Source of the DNA: Thermoproteota archaeon
GTDB taxonomy: Archaea; Asgardarchaeota; Jordiarchaeia; Jordiarchaeales; Freyrarchaeaceae
Length of the DNA: 64,000 nt
Direction: 5' to 3'
Assembly: GCA_029258835.1 (NCBI GenBank)
Contig: JAPDJY010000006.1
Span: forward strand, 1-64,000
How positions within the stretch are numbered: the stretch's first letter is position 1; the number at the start of each line of letters is the position of its first letter. Position numbers and translations under genes: made by a program. The notes below the pieces were generated by a model. The model searched no databases. It worked only from the letters and a program-made list of their open reading frames with translations, and was not told where the DNA came from. This document shows, one piece after another, positions 51,186 through 60,885 of this stretch.

Positions 51186-52003
51186 AGGACGCTTACTGCA
51201 GCAGCCATCGCTACAGCCCCTAAATACTCGTTGGGAGGCGCCGCCCTTGACGTGTCAATGATAACCTTTCTCATGTTCGCGTAGAGTGCACCGTAGGATC
51301 TGCCAGAGCCCAAGTGAACCAAGGTCCTGTAAATTAGGTTTCCCGATATCCCGTCAGGAGCTATTATTACGTTCGCTCCCTCAGAGACAGCATTCTCTAT
51401 TAAGATTTGGTAGTGTTCGGCATTATAGCCTCTCTCCCTTAGGTTGGCTGCAACAACCTCGGCTTCCCTTATCGTTGCGTCAACTCTCTGGCTCCGCCCC
51501 ACGTCCCCCAGCCTCCCTCCCGAAAGAACGGATATTTTTTCCTTCATCCCTATTTTTCTAAGAAAGTTGGCTGCTTCAACCGCCAGCCTCACCTTTTCCT
51601 CGACGTTTCCTCCCTCGTCTACCCCTACCGGGGCGAACATGAATTGGTGGTTCTTCGCTGTTTCTAGGAGGGCTACCCTAAACGTCTTATTCACTTTAAA
51701 TTTTGCCTTCACCTGCTTCAGGAACACCGATGAACTCAGCGTTCCTCTTACGACCCCATCCACCTCCCCTGAAGTAAGCAGCCTCAGAGCTTCCTCTTCA
51801 GGGCTGCTTGAAGGTAGAAACTCTACCTCGTGCATATGCCCCTTCAGTTTTTCTTCTCCTATAAGGGTTGGCTCGGGGAGTCCCTCAGCTCGGAGAAGCC
51901 TTACCGCCGCTACGAGCCTTTCTACCGAGTGTGGCTCCCCTACGCCAACGATCACCCTCACCTTGCTCCTCCTGGCATGCTCGAGGATCCTCGAGAATAT
52001 CAC
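51176..52003 (-). CDS. mtxX: Methanogenesis marker protein 4 / MtxX
   Basis: VRGTL, APVGVDEG, LSGGR.GDVGR, ILIE, PDGISGNLIYR, DTSR. Confidence 0.9.
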   Translation of the reverse strand: MIFSRILEHARRSKVRVIVGVGEPHSVERLVAAVRLLRAEGLPEPTLIGEEKLKGHMHEVEFLPSSSPEEEALRLLTSGEVDGVVRGTLSSSVFLKQVKAKFKVNKTFRVALLETAKNHQFMFAPVGVDEGGNVEEKVRLAVEAANFLRKIGMKEKISVLSGGRLGDVGRSQRVDATIREAEVVAANLRERGYNAEHYQILIENAVSEGANVIIAPDGISGNLIYRTLVHLGSGRSYGALYANMRKVIIDTSRAAPPNEYLGAVAMAAAVSVLQK

Positions 52004-52014
52004 TTCCCTTCCCT

Positions 52015-53085
52015 CTAAACGATTTTTTCATGCGCTTTCTCGAGGGCTAACCTCACCAGTTTTATCGCGTTTTCAACGTCATTAATGTTTAAGACTTCCA
52101 CTGGGGTGTGAATGTAGCGTGTCGGTATCGAAAGGACGGCCGCTGGCACCCCTCCCCGTGCTAACGCTATTTCTGTTGCATCCGTTGTCCCTCCCTCAAA
52201 TACTTCTAACTGGTAGGGGATATTGTTTTCCTCAGCCGTCTCTATTAGCAGACTTCTTGGAAGCGGGTGGGATATTAACCCTCCCCCGAGGCTTTCACGT
52301 CTACCGTCGGCTACGGTTATGGCTGGACCCTTGCCTAGTCTGACTGGAACGTCGCGTTCCTCCACTCCAGGATAGTCTCCTGTAGCCGTCACGTCTATGG
52401 CTATTCCCATGTCTGGGTTGATCGAGAACGTCGAGGTTCGCGCCCCCCTAAGACCTACCTCCTCCATGACCGATGCAACACCGTAAACGTCCACTTCAGG
52501 GTCAATGCTCTTCATTACTTCTATTAGAATTAAGCATCCCACCCTATCGTCAAATGCCTTGCCGCAGAGATGGCCATTCTTTAATTCTATCATGTCTCCA
52601 ACCCACGTTATCGGGCTTCCCACCTTCACCCCCCACTTCTCAGCCTCTTCCCTACTAGTTGCCCCTATGTCTATGAACATCTGATTTCTCTCAACTGTTT
52701 TTTTGCGTCTCTCCTCTGGCAGCAAGTGGGGAGGTGTTGCCCCTATCACCCCCGGAATGCTTTCTTTCTCAGTGTGCACCAGAACACGCTGGTTTAAAAC
52801 GGTCTGGTCAAAGAACCCTCCTAGGTAAGCAAATCTAATGAATCCTTCCTTCTCTATGTACTTGACGACCATCCCTATCTCGTCCATGTGGGCTGCTATC
52901 ATAACTTTTAACCGTCCTTTCCCTCCCTTTTTAATGCAAATTAGGTTTCCCAACCGGTCTTCCCGTATCTCGTCGACGTGCCCTTCGAGTTCTTCTCTAA
53001 TTATCTTCCTTACATTTTCTTCATATCCAGGTGGTGCACAAGCCTCTACAAGCCTTTTTAAGGTCGACTTCAAGCTTTCACCCAT
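52015..53085 (-). CDS. M42-family (TET) aminopeptidase
   Basis: AHMDEIG, KAFDDR, EEVGLRGA, DVT, GGTTDA, RYIHT; start reassigned to MGES. Confidence 0.95.
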   Translation of the reverse strand: MGESLKSTLKRLVEACAPPGYEENVRKIIREELEGHVDEIREDRLGNLICIKKGGKGRLKVMIAAHMDEIGMVVKYIEKEGFIRFAYLGGFFDQTVLNQRVLVHTEKESIPGVIGATPPHLLPEERRKKTVERNQMFIDIGATSREEAEKWGVKVGSPITWVGDMIELKNGHLCGKAFDDRVGCLILIEVMKSIDPEVDVYGVASVMEEVGLRGARTSTFSINPDMGIAIDVTATGDYPGVEERDVPVRLGKGPAITVADGRRESLGGGLISHPLPRSLLIETAEENNIPYQLEVFEGGTTDATEIALARGGVPAAVLSIPTRYIHTPVEVLNINDVENAIKLVRLALEKAHEKIV

Positions 53086-53176
53086 CTGATGGCACCCCCA
53101 ACAACACGTTAAATGCTCCCCTCTTAAACTATTCTCGCCCCCTCGCAGGATTTGCCTTGCGAAACAGTTAAAATTT

Positions 53177-53328
53177 GGTAGGTGTTTGTGAGTGCTGGTC
53201 TGGCCACAGGGTGGCCTATGAGGGCGGAACCTTTGGACGTGGGGCTCCGGGGTCCCCCCCGAAAGCCCCATCAGAGGCGTACGCCTCGATGACGGGGAAA
53301 CGCCTGACAGACCAAAACACACACTACC
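53177..53328 (+). mobile_element. Structured intergenic element; probable remnant of a tnpB 3' end (omega-RNA-like)
   Basis: Closing stems GGTAG/CTACC and TGGTCTG/CAGACCA; hairpins GGCCAC/GTGGCC, TGGGGCT/AGCCCCA, GAGGC/GCCTC; peptide NLWTWGSGVPPKAP...MTGK resembles TnpB tails (from memory). Confidence 0.45.
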
Positions 53329-53369
53329 CATAAAAACCTATCAAGCGTAACCCCTACATCCCTGAACGT

Positions 53370-53927
53370 TTAGGCTTGAAATGTTAGAGTAAGCATGTTT
53401 CCGAAGAAGAATGAAACCAGAAAGCTTATTGTTATGATTGGAATGGCTGGAGGGAACCATTGAAGGTATCCCTTGATACCCCTGCTTGCCCTCGACTTGT
53501 CAGCTTTATCATGGCAGCACGAATAAACCTCCCTTTCCCCTCTAGCAGCCTGCAGGAGGATCCTCACCGAGGAGAATGCCCCCAATAATATGAAGAAGTT
53601 TACTGTCAATGTGGCAGGGAATAGTAAGGGCGATCTACCTGCAGTAGGTGCGAGGATGGACGTTAAAATGATGGCTTTACAGTCCGCTCCCCCAAGAATT
53701 CTAAACCGGTGCAGTAAGTATGCAAGTGATAACGCTGCTACTATATCCATGTATGCCTCCTCAGGGAGAAGCAACAGCATTTTAACCTTTAAGGTCATTA
53801 ATGCGATTCCCAGCGTAAATGGTGCAATCCAAACCTTATTTTGAACCATTTTGCTTTTCACGTCCAAGTATGATGCGTAACTTAGGGTTAAGAGTGCTAC
53901 GGTAAGTGAGAGGATTTGGAGAACACA
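53370..53927 (-). CDS. A24-family prepilin/preflagellin peptidase (start uncertain)
   Basis: YASYLDVK, GGADCK, P.IP.I...F; frame is open upstream of the track start. Confidence 0.75.
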   Translation of the reverse strand, partial: CVLQILSLTVALLTLSYASYLDVKSKMVQNKVWIAPFTLGIALMTLKVKMLLLLPEEAYMDIVAALSLAYLLHRFRILGGADCKAIILTSILAPTAGRSPLLFPATLTVNFFILLGAFSSVRILLQAARGEREVYSCCHDKADKSRASRGIKGYLQWFPPAIPIITISFLVSFFFGNMLTLTFQA

Positions 53928-53946
53928 CCTCAGGGGTATACCTCCT

Positions 53947-55692
53947 TCACTCGTGAGCGAAGAATACCTTTATTTCCGGAGTAACCTCGTCCACCCTGCA
54001 AAAACCGTACCGTTCAAACTGTACGAGCTGGCCTTCGCTAAGGTTCCTGCACTCCGGCTCTCCTAGTCCCTTTACAGCCTCCCCGTCCGGCTTGATAACG
54101 GTGATTGGAAGGCACCCGTCAACGGGAACCCAGTGGATGATCGGAGCTTTTCTCCCTCTAGCTTCGCTAACATCCAAACTGTGAAATACGCCTAAAGGCG
54201 GAGATGAACGTTGAACCTTAAAGTTCAGTAAGTCCTTGAGTCTAACCATGGAGTCCTCCTCTAGACGTTTCGCATCATCTCTATCTATGTAAACACGTAC
54301 CTTCCCCTCCTCAACTCGGACCTTCACTATCCTCCTGCCTCGCTCCGGAAAGTCCGGGTGGAGGGGTGGATGAGCGGTAAGCGTATCAACAGTCACACCT
54401 TCTATGACTAGTTCAACAGGCTTCTCAACGAAAAAATACCTGTTTGCTTCAGGATCCACTATGCGTCTATTAATCGCATACAGCATCTCAGGACTATACT
54501 CCACATCAATCATGCTCAGCCCAAGGCTGAGCATTGACTCCCTTAAGGCCTTAGGCTGGATTCCTCTCTTTTGAAGCGATTGGAGGCTCCACGTGCGGGG
54601 GTCACTCCAACCCATGTAAACTCCCTCTTCTATTTTCTTCCTTGCCTCCGTCTTACTAAGCTTTAACCCCTTAAAGATAATCATTCCATAATGTATAAAC
54701 TCCACTTCCGGCCATCCATATATCTTCCACACAAACCTCTCGATGACGTCCTCTTTGAACAGGTCTTTCCCTCTAAGTATGTGCGTCACCCCTAGCAGAT
54801 GATCATCTATCGCCCAGGAGAACTCTAAAAGTGGCCAGACACGATATCTTGACCCGACCCTTGGGTGTACCCTCTCGGAAATACGCATTATAACATGATC
54901 TCTTATGGCAGGGTCAGGCTGGTCCATCCCCGTCTTTAACCTTACAACGGCCTCTCCCTCGCCGTAAACTCCGCTAAGCATCTCATCCCATTTCTCAAGG
55001 TTCTCCTCGACGCTTGTCTCCCTATGAGGACAGGCTTTCCCTTTCTCCTTAAACTTCCGCCGCCACTCTTCACGTTCACAAGTGCACACGTAAGCATATC
55101 CTCTTCTGATCAAGTCCTCACAGTACTTGTAAAATATGGGGATCCTATCCGACTTGTAGAATTCCCTATGCCATTTAACACCTAGCCAACGCAACCCTTC
55201 CCTTATTAGCTCATAAGCTTCGCCCACAACGAACTTTTCCCCCCCTCCAATCGTGTCGTCGAATACCAAGAGAAGTTCTCCATCATACTTCTTCACATAC
55301 TCGTCGTTTAAAATCGCCATTCTGGCATTCCCTATGTGAAGGGGCCCTGAAGGATACGGGGCGAGCCTCATGACAACTTTCTCATACTTTTCAACGTTTG
55401 GAAGAGGAGGCAGCTCCCTTTCCTCCCTCTTTTCCCTCTCCTTCATCATTTCAGGTGCAATCTCTGAGAGCTTCGCTTTCTGAACCTCTAAGGGCATCTT
55501 GTTTACTTCCTCCACCAGACCCAAGACGACGCTAAGAACCTCCTTAGCTTTCGACCTGAGCTCCGGCATTTCGGACAGAATCTTCCCTAACACCGCCTTA
55601 GGATTAGCCTTCCCTCCATACTTCACCGCATTAGCAAGCACGTGCTTAAGGAAAACCTCATTTAACTCTGGTGAAGCCTCCACCACAACCAC
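53947..55692 (-). CDS. gltX: Glutamyl-tRNA synthetase
   Basis: RLAPYPSGPLHIGN, THILRGKD, LSKT, QFERYGF. Confidence 0.97.
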   Translation of the reverse strand: MVVVEASPELNEVFLKHVLANAVKYGGKANPKAVLGKILSEMPELRSKAKEVLSVVLGLVEEVNKMPLEVQKAKLSEIAPEMMKEREKREERELPPLPNVEKYEKVVMRLAPYPSGPLHIGNARMAILNDEYVKKYDGELLLVFDDTIGGGEKFVVGEAYELIREGLRWLGVKWHREFYKSDRIPIFYKYCEDLIRRGYAYVCTCEREEWRRKFKEKGKACPHRETSVEENLEKWDEMLSGVYGEGEAVVRLKTGMDQPDPAIRDHVIMRISERVHPRVGSRYRVWPLLEFSWAIDDHLLGVTHILRGKDLFKEDVIERFVWKIYGWPEVEFIHYGMIIFKGLKLSKTEARKKIEEGVYMGWSDPRTWSLQSLQKRGIQPKALRESMLSLGLSMIDVEYSPEMLYAINRRIVDPEANRYFFVEKPVELVIEGVTVDTLTAHPPLHPDFPERGRRIVKVRVEEGKVRVYIDRDDAKRLEEDSMVRLKDLLNFKVQRSSPPLGVFHSLDVSEARGRKAPIIHWVPVDGCLPITVIKPDGEAVKGLGEPECRNLSEGQLVQFERYGFCRVDEVTPEIKVFFAHE

Positions 55693-55949
55693 CCTGAAGA
55701 AATATCTTCCTTCTCCTCAAAGAGGATAGACTAAAGTTACCTTTAAAAATCCCTCCCCCTCACCGGATGCAAACCCCGAAATTTAATTAGAAGGTAAAAC
55801 CTCATCAACTAAACAATCAGCCTCTCTCCCTTAAACGCTTAGGAACGCTAGATTACCTCATGGAGCGCTTTGACTCGAAAGTTTTAAAATCACGTTGCCT
55901 CCTCGAACCTACTGGCGTAGGCTGCCTCCCTTACGTGAGGGGTGTCATA

Positions 55950-56633
55950 TTGATAAAGGTGATTATCTTCGACCTTGACGGAACCCTAATAGATACTAGG
56001 GAACGCTTCTTCATGGTTTTCAATAAAACATTGGAGTCCTTCTCCCTAAACCCCCTAACTAAAAGGAGATTTAACGAGCTCTACTCGAGAGCATCCCTAG
56101 ACGAAGCTATTCCTAAAGAACTTCAAAAGAATTTTTGGGAAAAGTTTCTCCACGACTATGGTAGAACATGCTCAGAGAAGGATTCACCCTTCCCCGGAGT
56201 AAAGAATGTACTCAAGGTGCTTAAGAGGAAGGGGCTAAAGATCTGTGTCGTCACAGGGAGGGCCTGTGCGGAAAGCGACGTCTGGACGGAACTTAAAAAA
56301 CACGGCCTGGCCGAGTACGTCGACGCTGTGGCTTCAAAGGATGTGAAAGTAAAAGATCATTTCTTCAAGGACGAAGAGGTCTCCCGTATCTTGGCAAAGT
56401 TGAGTGTTAAGCCTCATGAATGCTTGATCGTCGGAGACTACCTCGCTGACATAGAAACAGGAAAAAAGATGGGTTCTCTCACCGTAGCCGTACTAAGTGG
56501 AGGCGTTAAGAGGGAAGTTTTAGAATCAGCCGATCCCGACCTCGTATTGGAAAGCGTCAACGACCTTCCTAGCATAGTAGATATTCTCGCTTCTAAACCC
56601 TCCAAAAAAGGATGCTTAGAACTTAACATTTAA
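55950..56633 (+). CDS. HAD-family phosphatase
   Basis: FDLDGTLIDT, VTG, VGD...D. Confidence 0.9.
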   Translation: MIKVIIFDLDGTLIDTRERFFMVFNKTLESFSLNPLTKRRFNELYSRASLDEAIPKELQKNFWEKFLHDYGRTCSEKDSPFPGVKNVLKVLKRKGLKICVVTGRACAESDVWTELKKHGLAEYVDAVASKDVKVKDHFFKDEEVSRILAKLSVKPHECLIVGDYLADIETGKKMGSLTVAVLSGGVKREVLESADPDLVLESVNDLPSIVDILASKPSKKGCLELNI

Positions 56634-56644
56634 CACTAACATAA

Positions 56645-57490
56645 TCATGGCGCTCTAAGCATTTTCTCCAGTTTCTTCCTGCTTTCAACCAGCCCTCTAA
56701 GAGAATGCACCTCTAAAATGACTGGCACCTCGATCTTTCTCATGAATGGAAGTAGTACGTCAAACCTTATCTTTCCCTCCCCAACAGCTAAATGCTGGTC
56801 GGATTTCCCGTCGTTGTCGTGGACGTGGAAAGCAACCAAATAATCCTTCAAGGACGATATGAACCTCAAGTGTCCCTCCTCTGTTATCCCCCAAGTGTTG
56901 GCATGTCCCACATCGTAAACCACGCCCACATTTGAATCTAACCCTTCTAAGAACGATGTGAACTCCTCGGGGGAGACTAGGAGGTGCCTGTTACTTGCTC
57001 TCTCCTTATTCTCTAAACCCAGCACGACACCTTCCTCGGAAGCATATTTTGCAAGCGATGAAACCGCCCTCTTAGACCTGACCCATGCCTTACTAAAAAG
57101 CCCTGGAGGGTAGTCTCGGGATAGTGTGCCACAGTGAACGGTTAGGTAGCATGCATCCAGCAACCCAGCCAGCTCCACACATTTCCTAGTCGCCTTCAGG
57201 GAAGCCTTATACGTGTAATCGCAGAGACTTGCGAGGTTAATGTCAATGTATGATGAATGAAGAGCGAGGCGCAAGCTGAGCGAATCAGCCAGCTCAGCCA
57301 GCCTCCTCAAAGCCTCCCCTTCCACCCTCGCTGGGTTGAAAAGCGGCTCCTCACACTTAACCTCGACAATACTGAACCCGCTATCAGAAAAAAACTTTAA
57401 AATTTCCTCAAGGGTACCTTCGAAGTTCACAAGGGTAGCTGCTCCGATAATCACCTGCTCCACCCTCGCAAACGCCTTTTCCCTTTCCAA
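56645..57490 (-). CDS. Sugar-phosphate isomerase/epimerase (xylose-isomerase-like TIM barrel)
   Basis: INLAS, TVHCG, LEN, DVGHA, HVHDNDG..DQHL..GEG.I, LEV. Confidence 0.88.
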   Translation of the reverse strand: MEREKAFARVEQVIIGAATLVNFEGTLEEILKFFSDSGFSIVEVKCEEPLFNPARVEGEALRRLAELADSLSLRLALHSSYIDINLASLCDYTYKASLKATRKCVELAGLLDACYLTVHCGTLSRDYPPGLFSKAWVRSKRAVSSLAKYASEEGVVLGLENKERASNRHLLVSPEEFTSFLEGLDSNVGVVYDVGHANTWGITEEGHLRFISSLKDYLVAFHVHDNDGKSDQHLAVGEGKIRFDVLLPFMRKIEVPVILEVHSLRGLVESRKKLEKMLRAP

Positions 57491-57506
57491 GCCTCCCAGC
57501 CAATCT

Positions 57507-57746
57507 TTATATGGAAGAAACTATCCTTTCCAAGACCCTCTTACCCTCGTCTGAAAGGGCAATCCCCCCTTCCTCCTCCCTGACAAGCCCTATTTCTAGG
57601 AAAACGTTAATTTTCGCTTTAACAATCCTCTCACTTACACCAGAAAAATCGGCTATCTCGCTTATAGAGGTAGCCCCCATTCCTAGTGCAAGAAGAACCT
57701 TCACGCCTCCCTCACCTATAAGCTGCGCCTCCGGAATAACCCTCAT
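57507..57746 (-). CDS. Small winged-helix protein
   Basis: SISEIADFSGVSERIVKAKINVFLEIGLV...LSDEG. Confidence 0.75.
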   Translation of the reverse strand: MRVIPEAQLIGEGGVKVLLALGMGATSISEIADFSGVSERIVKAKINVFLEIGLVREEEGGIALSDEGKRVLERIVSSI

Positions 57747-57753
57747 CTAATAA

Positions 57754-58416
57754 TCACCGTCCCTCACCACTAATTCTGAAATCGAATTTTGAAAGATCTA
57801 TTATTAGAAGGCGATCGGCTTCATACGGCTCCAACGACTTAAGCTTTATCACGACCATGTTCCTCTTTATCTTCCGTATTTCCGGGTTCAACTTTTCACT
57901 ATGCAGCTTCTCCAGGAGAAACTCTATGAACTTGGATGGAATCTCTCTCACCTCTCCACTAATAATCATTTTCCCAACATCTCCAAGAAAGTACTGGCTG
58001 TTCCTGCCTCCGCGGCGGATGCTAATTAACCCCGCATTCAGCATTCTCTTTACATGCCATCTAACGGTATCATGGTGGAGGCCGGAGAACTCTACAATAT
58101 CCCCCTGCTGAACCCCCGGATTCTCGGCGATAAACTCGAATATTCTTCGCGCATTCTCATTTCTTAAAAGGAGGAAGGCCTTCTCGGTCCTAGCATCCCT
58201 TAAATATTTGGGGTAAAAGACCGCTCTCCCACCACACTTCGTTTTCTCGAGCAGCCCTCCTGCCTCAAGCACCCTAAGGTGCCACGCCAACGTCCCAGTA
58301 GGAATGGACAGTTCATTGGCAATCTCAAAAAAGTATGCCCCTGGATTTTCACATATCCAACGATAAATCTCTTGGCGAACCGGGTGTTGAAGACACCCTA
58401 AACGCTTACTTAACAA
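57754..58416 (-). CDS. Tandem winged-helix transcriptional regulator (COG3398-like)
   Basis: Two R..I...I.ENPG......L..H...L repeats. Confidence 0.85.
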   Translation of the reverse strand: MLSKRLGCLQHPVRQEIYRWICENPGAYFFEIANELSIPTGTLAWHLRVLEAGGLLEKTKCGGRAVFYPKYLRDARTEKAFLLLRNENARRIFEFIAENPGVQQGDIVEFSGLHHDTVRWHVKRMLNAGLISIRRGGRNSQYFLGDVGKMIISGEVREIPSKFIEFLLEKLHSEKLNPEIRKIKRNMVVIKLKSLEPYEADRLLIIDLSKFDFRISGEGR

Positions 58417-58668
58417 AAAACATCACCAACCACGTTATCAATACGTTAACGCCTCTATCTTTTATTTAAGCAAACCATTAAATAATATTTACTGAAACTC
58501 TAACCTTAAGCTTTTAAAATAAGGTTAAAGGTGGGGGAGCGTTACGTGGATTCCGAATGTTGAAGGAATACCCACTGAGAGCTTAGGGTGCATCAGTAAA
58601 GGAAAAAAGTTTTTTATAATTTAGCGTAGAGTTGAAGGTAAGGTGGCTTCTTCTTCGAGGGTTCGGAG

Positions 58669-59589
58669 ATGCGTTCGGTGTCCGTAGTAGTTTGCACGTT
58701 TAACCGTAAGAAGGACATTGTCGAATGCGTGGAAAGCATCTTAAATCAAGATTACCCCGACTTTGACGTATGGGTTATCGACGATGCATCGACGGATGGA
58801 ACAATGGAAGCTCTGAGGGACGCCTTCTCGGGGGAAAAGAGGCTTCACCTGATAAGGAACGAGGTTGAACTTGGAAACACTCTCTCCAGAAACATTGCCA
58901 TGCGTACTTCGAAGGGTGAAATAATCGCCTCGACGGATGACGACTGCATCGTCGCCGAGGACTGGCTTTCAAACTTGGTAAAGGTGTTTGACGAAGGAGA
59001 CGACATAGGACTCGTATGTGGACGAGTCCTACCGATCTTCTACACCCCAGTACCAGAATGGCTTAAACCCCCAATCTACCCCATACTAGCCATTAGAACC
59101 GAAAAGGAAAGAACAGAGCACCTCAGCCCTTACGGCTGCAACATGGCTGTCCGGAGAGACGTGATGGAAAAAGTAAACTATCTCAACGAGGACATAACCC
59201 GGAAGCATGGAACCCTCTACTCCGGAGAGGACACCGACCTAGGATTAAGGGTGCGCGCCGCAGGGTACAGGGTCGTCTACACGCCTGACGCAGTGGTAAA
59301 ACACAAAATGTTCCCCTACAGGCTTACAAGAGAACACTTCATCGAGAGAGCCCTCTACTTCGGAATGTCCGAAGTAATGTTCTCCGGCAAGAACACTTGG
59401 GGGATCCTCGACGCAGCAGCCAACATAACAGCATACTTCATAAGATACATCATCAGGCCAAGATTCTACAATTTAACCCTAATAGCCTACAAGTTCGGCT
59501 GGCTCCTTAAAGCCCTAGGGGGAGGAGAGGAAGAAGCCACCAAAGCAAAGGAATGGTTCATGAGGTTCGCGCAGAAAGCAAAAAAATGA
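58669..59589 (+). CDS. GT2-family glycosyltransferase
   Basis: VVVCTFNR, DDASTDGT, TDDD, GEDTDL. Confidence 0.92.
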   Translation: MRSVSVVVCTFNRKKDIVECVESILNQDYPDFDVWVIDDASTDGTMEALRDAFSGEKRLHLIRNEVELGNTLSRNIAMRTSKGEIIASTDDDCIVAEDWLSNLVKVFDEGDDIGLVCGRVLPIFYTPVPEWLKPPIYPILAIRTEKERTEHLSPYGCNMAVRRDVMEKVNYLNEDITRKHGTLYSGEDTDLGLRVRAAGYRVVYTPDAVVKHKMFPYRLTREHFIERALYFGMSEVMFSGKNTWGILDAAANITAYFIRYIIRPRFYNLTLIAYKFGWLLKALGGGEEEATKAKEWFMRFAQKAKK

Positions 59590-59619
59590 AGTAAAAACGT
59601 AAAAGGAAAGGTTAGCAAA

Positions 59620-59967
59620 ATGATGAAGCACGTGAATAAATACTGCGCCTCCGAAAGGCTGAAATCCCTCTCAATAATATCCTCAGTAGTGATCTCAAGG
59701 CACATGGCGTACCTAAACGGCGGCAAGGAGCCGGAAGGCCAGGACGTCCTCCTATGGATGCTAGACGCTGTGTGCAGCGAAGCAGACCTCCTGGCAACAA
59801 CGGCCAGTTCAACCATCCTAAAGCAAGCATCCTCCCTCCTGAAGATGGCCAGGGAGAACGTTGCAACAGGAAAACTAGACGAAGCCCTGAGAAAAATCTC
59901 GGAGGCAACGACTAGGATAACCACCCAAGCAGACTACGCCCTAAGAAAGCTTGAAGAAAAAGATTAG
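59620..59967 (+). CDS. Hypothetical helical protein
   Basis: Protein-like amphipathic helices; follows the GT2 gene on the same strand. Confidence 0.6.
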   Translation: MMKHVNKYCASERLKSLSIISSVVISRHMAYLNGGKEPEGQDVLLWMLDAVCSEADLLATTASSTILKQASSLLKMARENVATGKLDEALRKISEATTRITTQADYALRKLEEKD

Positions 59968-59980
59968 AAAAATTAGCTTT

Positions 59981-60496
59981 CTAAGAAGCCTCAACAGAAT
60001 ACACCAGAATCATACGGTAATCCTGGTTGAACGTTACAGCGTAGGGCATCGAAGTTTCATTGCCAAACTTGGGAACCATCCCGAAGCACTGGTCAACAAC
60101 CCTCCAACCGCTAGGCCAAACATTCTTGAGCAACATCGCTGAAACGATAAGGTATCCTTCTCCCTCAACGTTTAGCGTCGCAGTCGGGTTAAACCACTCC
60201 TGAAGCCACGTTGCGCCAGAGTAGTGCCAGCCAGTAGTTCCGTTACCTACAGTGAACGCAGCCTTAACGCCAGACGAATCCACAGCAATGAACACGAACA
60301 GGATTAAATCCCCACTTTCCTGAACGTAATACGCTGGAACCCTCAGCGACAGGCTGTAGCTTGAGCAAGCCCTCGCTTGTCTTTCTCCATTCACGCTCAC
60401 CGGGGGTGCTAAGGCAAAGCCGGCAATAGATGGCGCCATTGCGACGAGTACCATTGAAACGAGCAAAAGGGCGGTAAACACCTTTAACTTCAACAT
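59981..60496 (-). CDS. Hypothetical secreted or membrane-anchored protein
   Basis: Signal-peptide-like N-terminus (KLK plus hydrophobic stretch); GGAGG RBS. Confidence 0.65.
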   Translation of the reverse strand: MLKLKVFTALLLVSMVLVAMAPSIAGFALAPPVSVNGERQARACSSYSLSLRVPAYYVQESGDLILFVFIAVDSSGVKAAFTVGNGTTGWHYSGATWLQEWFNPTATLNVEGEGYLIVSAMLLKNVWPSGWRVVDQCFGMVPKFGNETSMPYAVTFNQDYRMILVYSVEAS

Positions 60497-60644
60497 TCAG
60501 CCCTCCACTTTGCACCTCTCCAGAAAACAAAGCTACACCATAATATAACTTTAACGTAACTTCCAGATTTTCTTTCCTCATAAGGGGTATGAAGGCACGC
60601 AATCCCACATTTTGGTTTTGAAGTGGGTGTTACCCCCCTGCTGG

Positions 60645-60696
60645 GGGTGGTCCCCACCTCCACCAGCAGTTTAGGGAGGTGGTTCAGCCCTCACCC
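60645..60696 (-). promoter_or_regulatory. Eukaryote-like SECIS element overlapping the vhuU stop codon
   Basis: Helix I GGGUG/CACCC; core UGAA/GGAC (tandem G.A pairs); helix II CCACCUCC(CU)/(GG)uGGAGGUGG; unpaired AAA 11 nt after the core UGA. Confidence 0.75.
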
Positions 60697-60833
60697 AATA
60701 CTACCTCTTTCTCGGCAACTTTCCTGCCCTTGTGGTCCACCACGATTAGATGTGCTGAGCATGCCAGTCAGCAGTCATAGGCTCTCATAACCATCTCGAT
60801 CAGGTTCAGAAGCTTGGGGTCAACGTCCACCAT
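60684..60833 (-). CDS. vhuU: Selenocysteine-containing hydrogenase subunit VhuU (Sec UGA at 60768-60770)
   Basis: MVDVDPKLLNLIEMVMRAYDC-U-LACSAH-LIVVDHKGRKVAEKEVVLGEG; GGAGG RBS; supplies the C-terminal Ni-binding motif missing from vhuA. Confidence 0.92.
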
Positions 60834-60885
60834 TAATCAATCCCTCCACAACTTTTCATCCAAATTGGGAAAACCCTTATGCGTC

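Noticed and set aside
53177-53328. SRP RNA, tRNA-Sec, or a coding N-terminal extension of the M42 peptidase (track start 53331)
   Set aside because: Too short and lacks SRP motifs; no cloverleaf; the peptidase has its own start at 53085 and the extension is not protein-like
60630-60686. Second Sec read-through at the vhuU terminal UGA
   Set aside because: The downstream frame (TTSLNCWWRWGPPPAGG) is not protein-like, the tail length already fits a maturation peptide, and this UGA lies inside the SECIS
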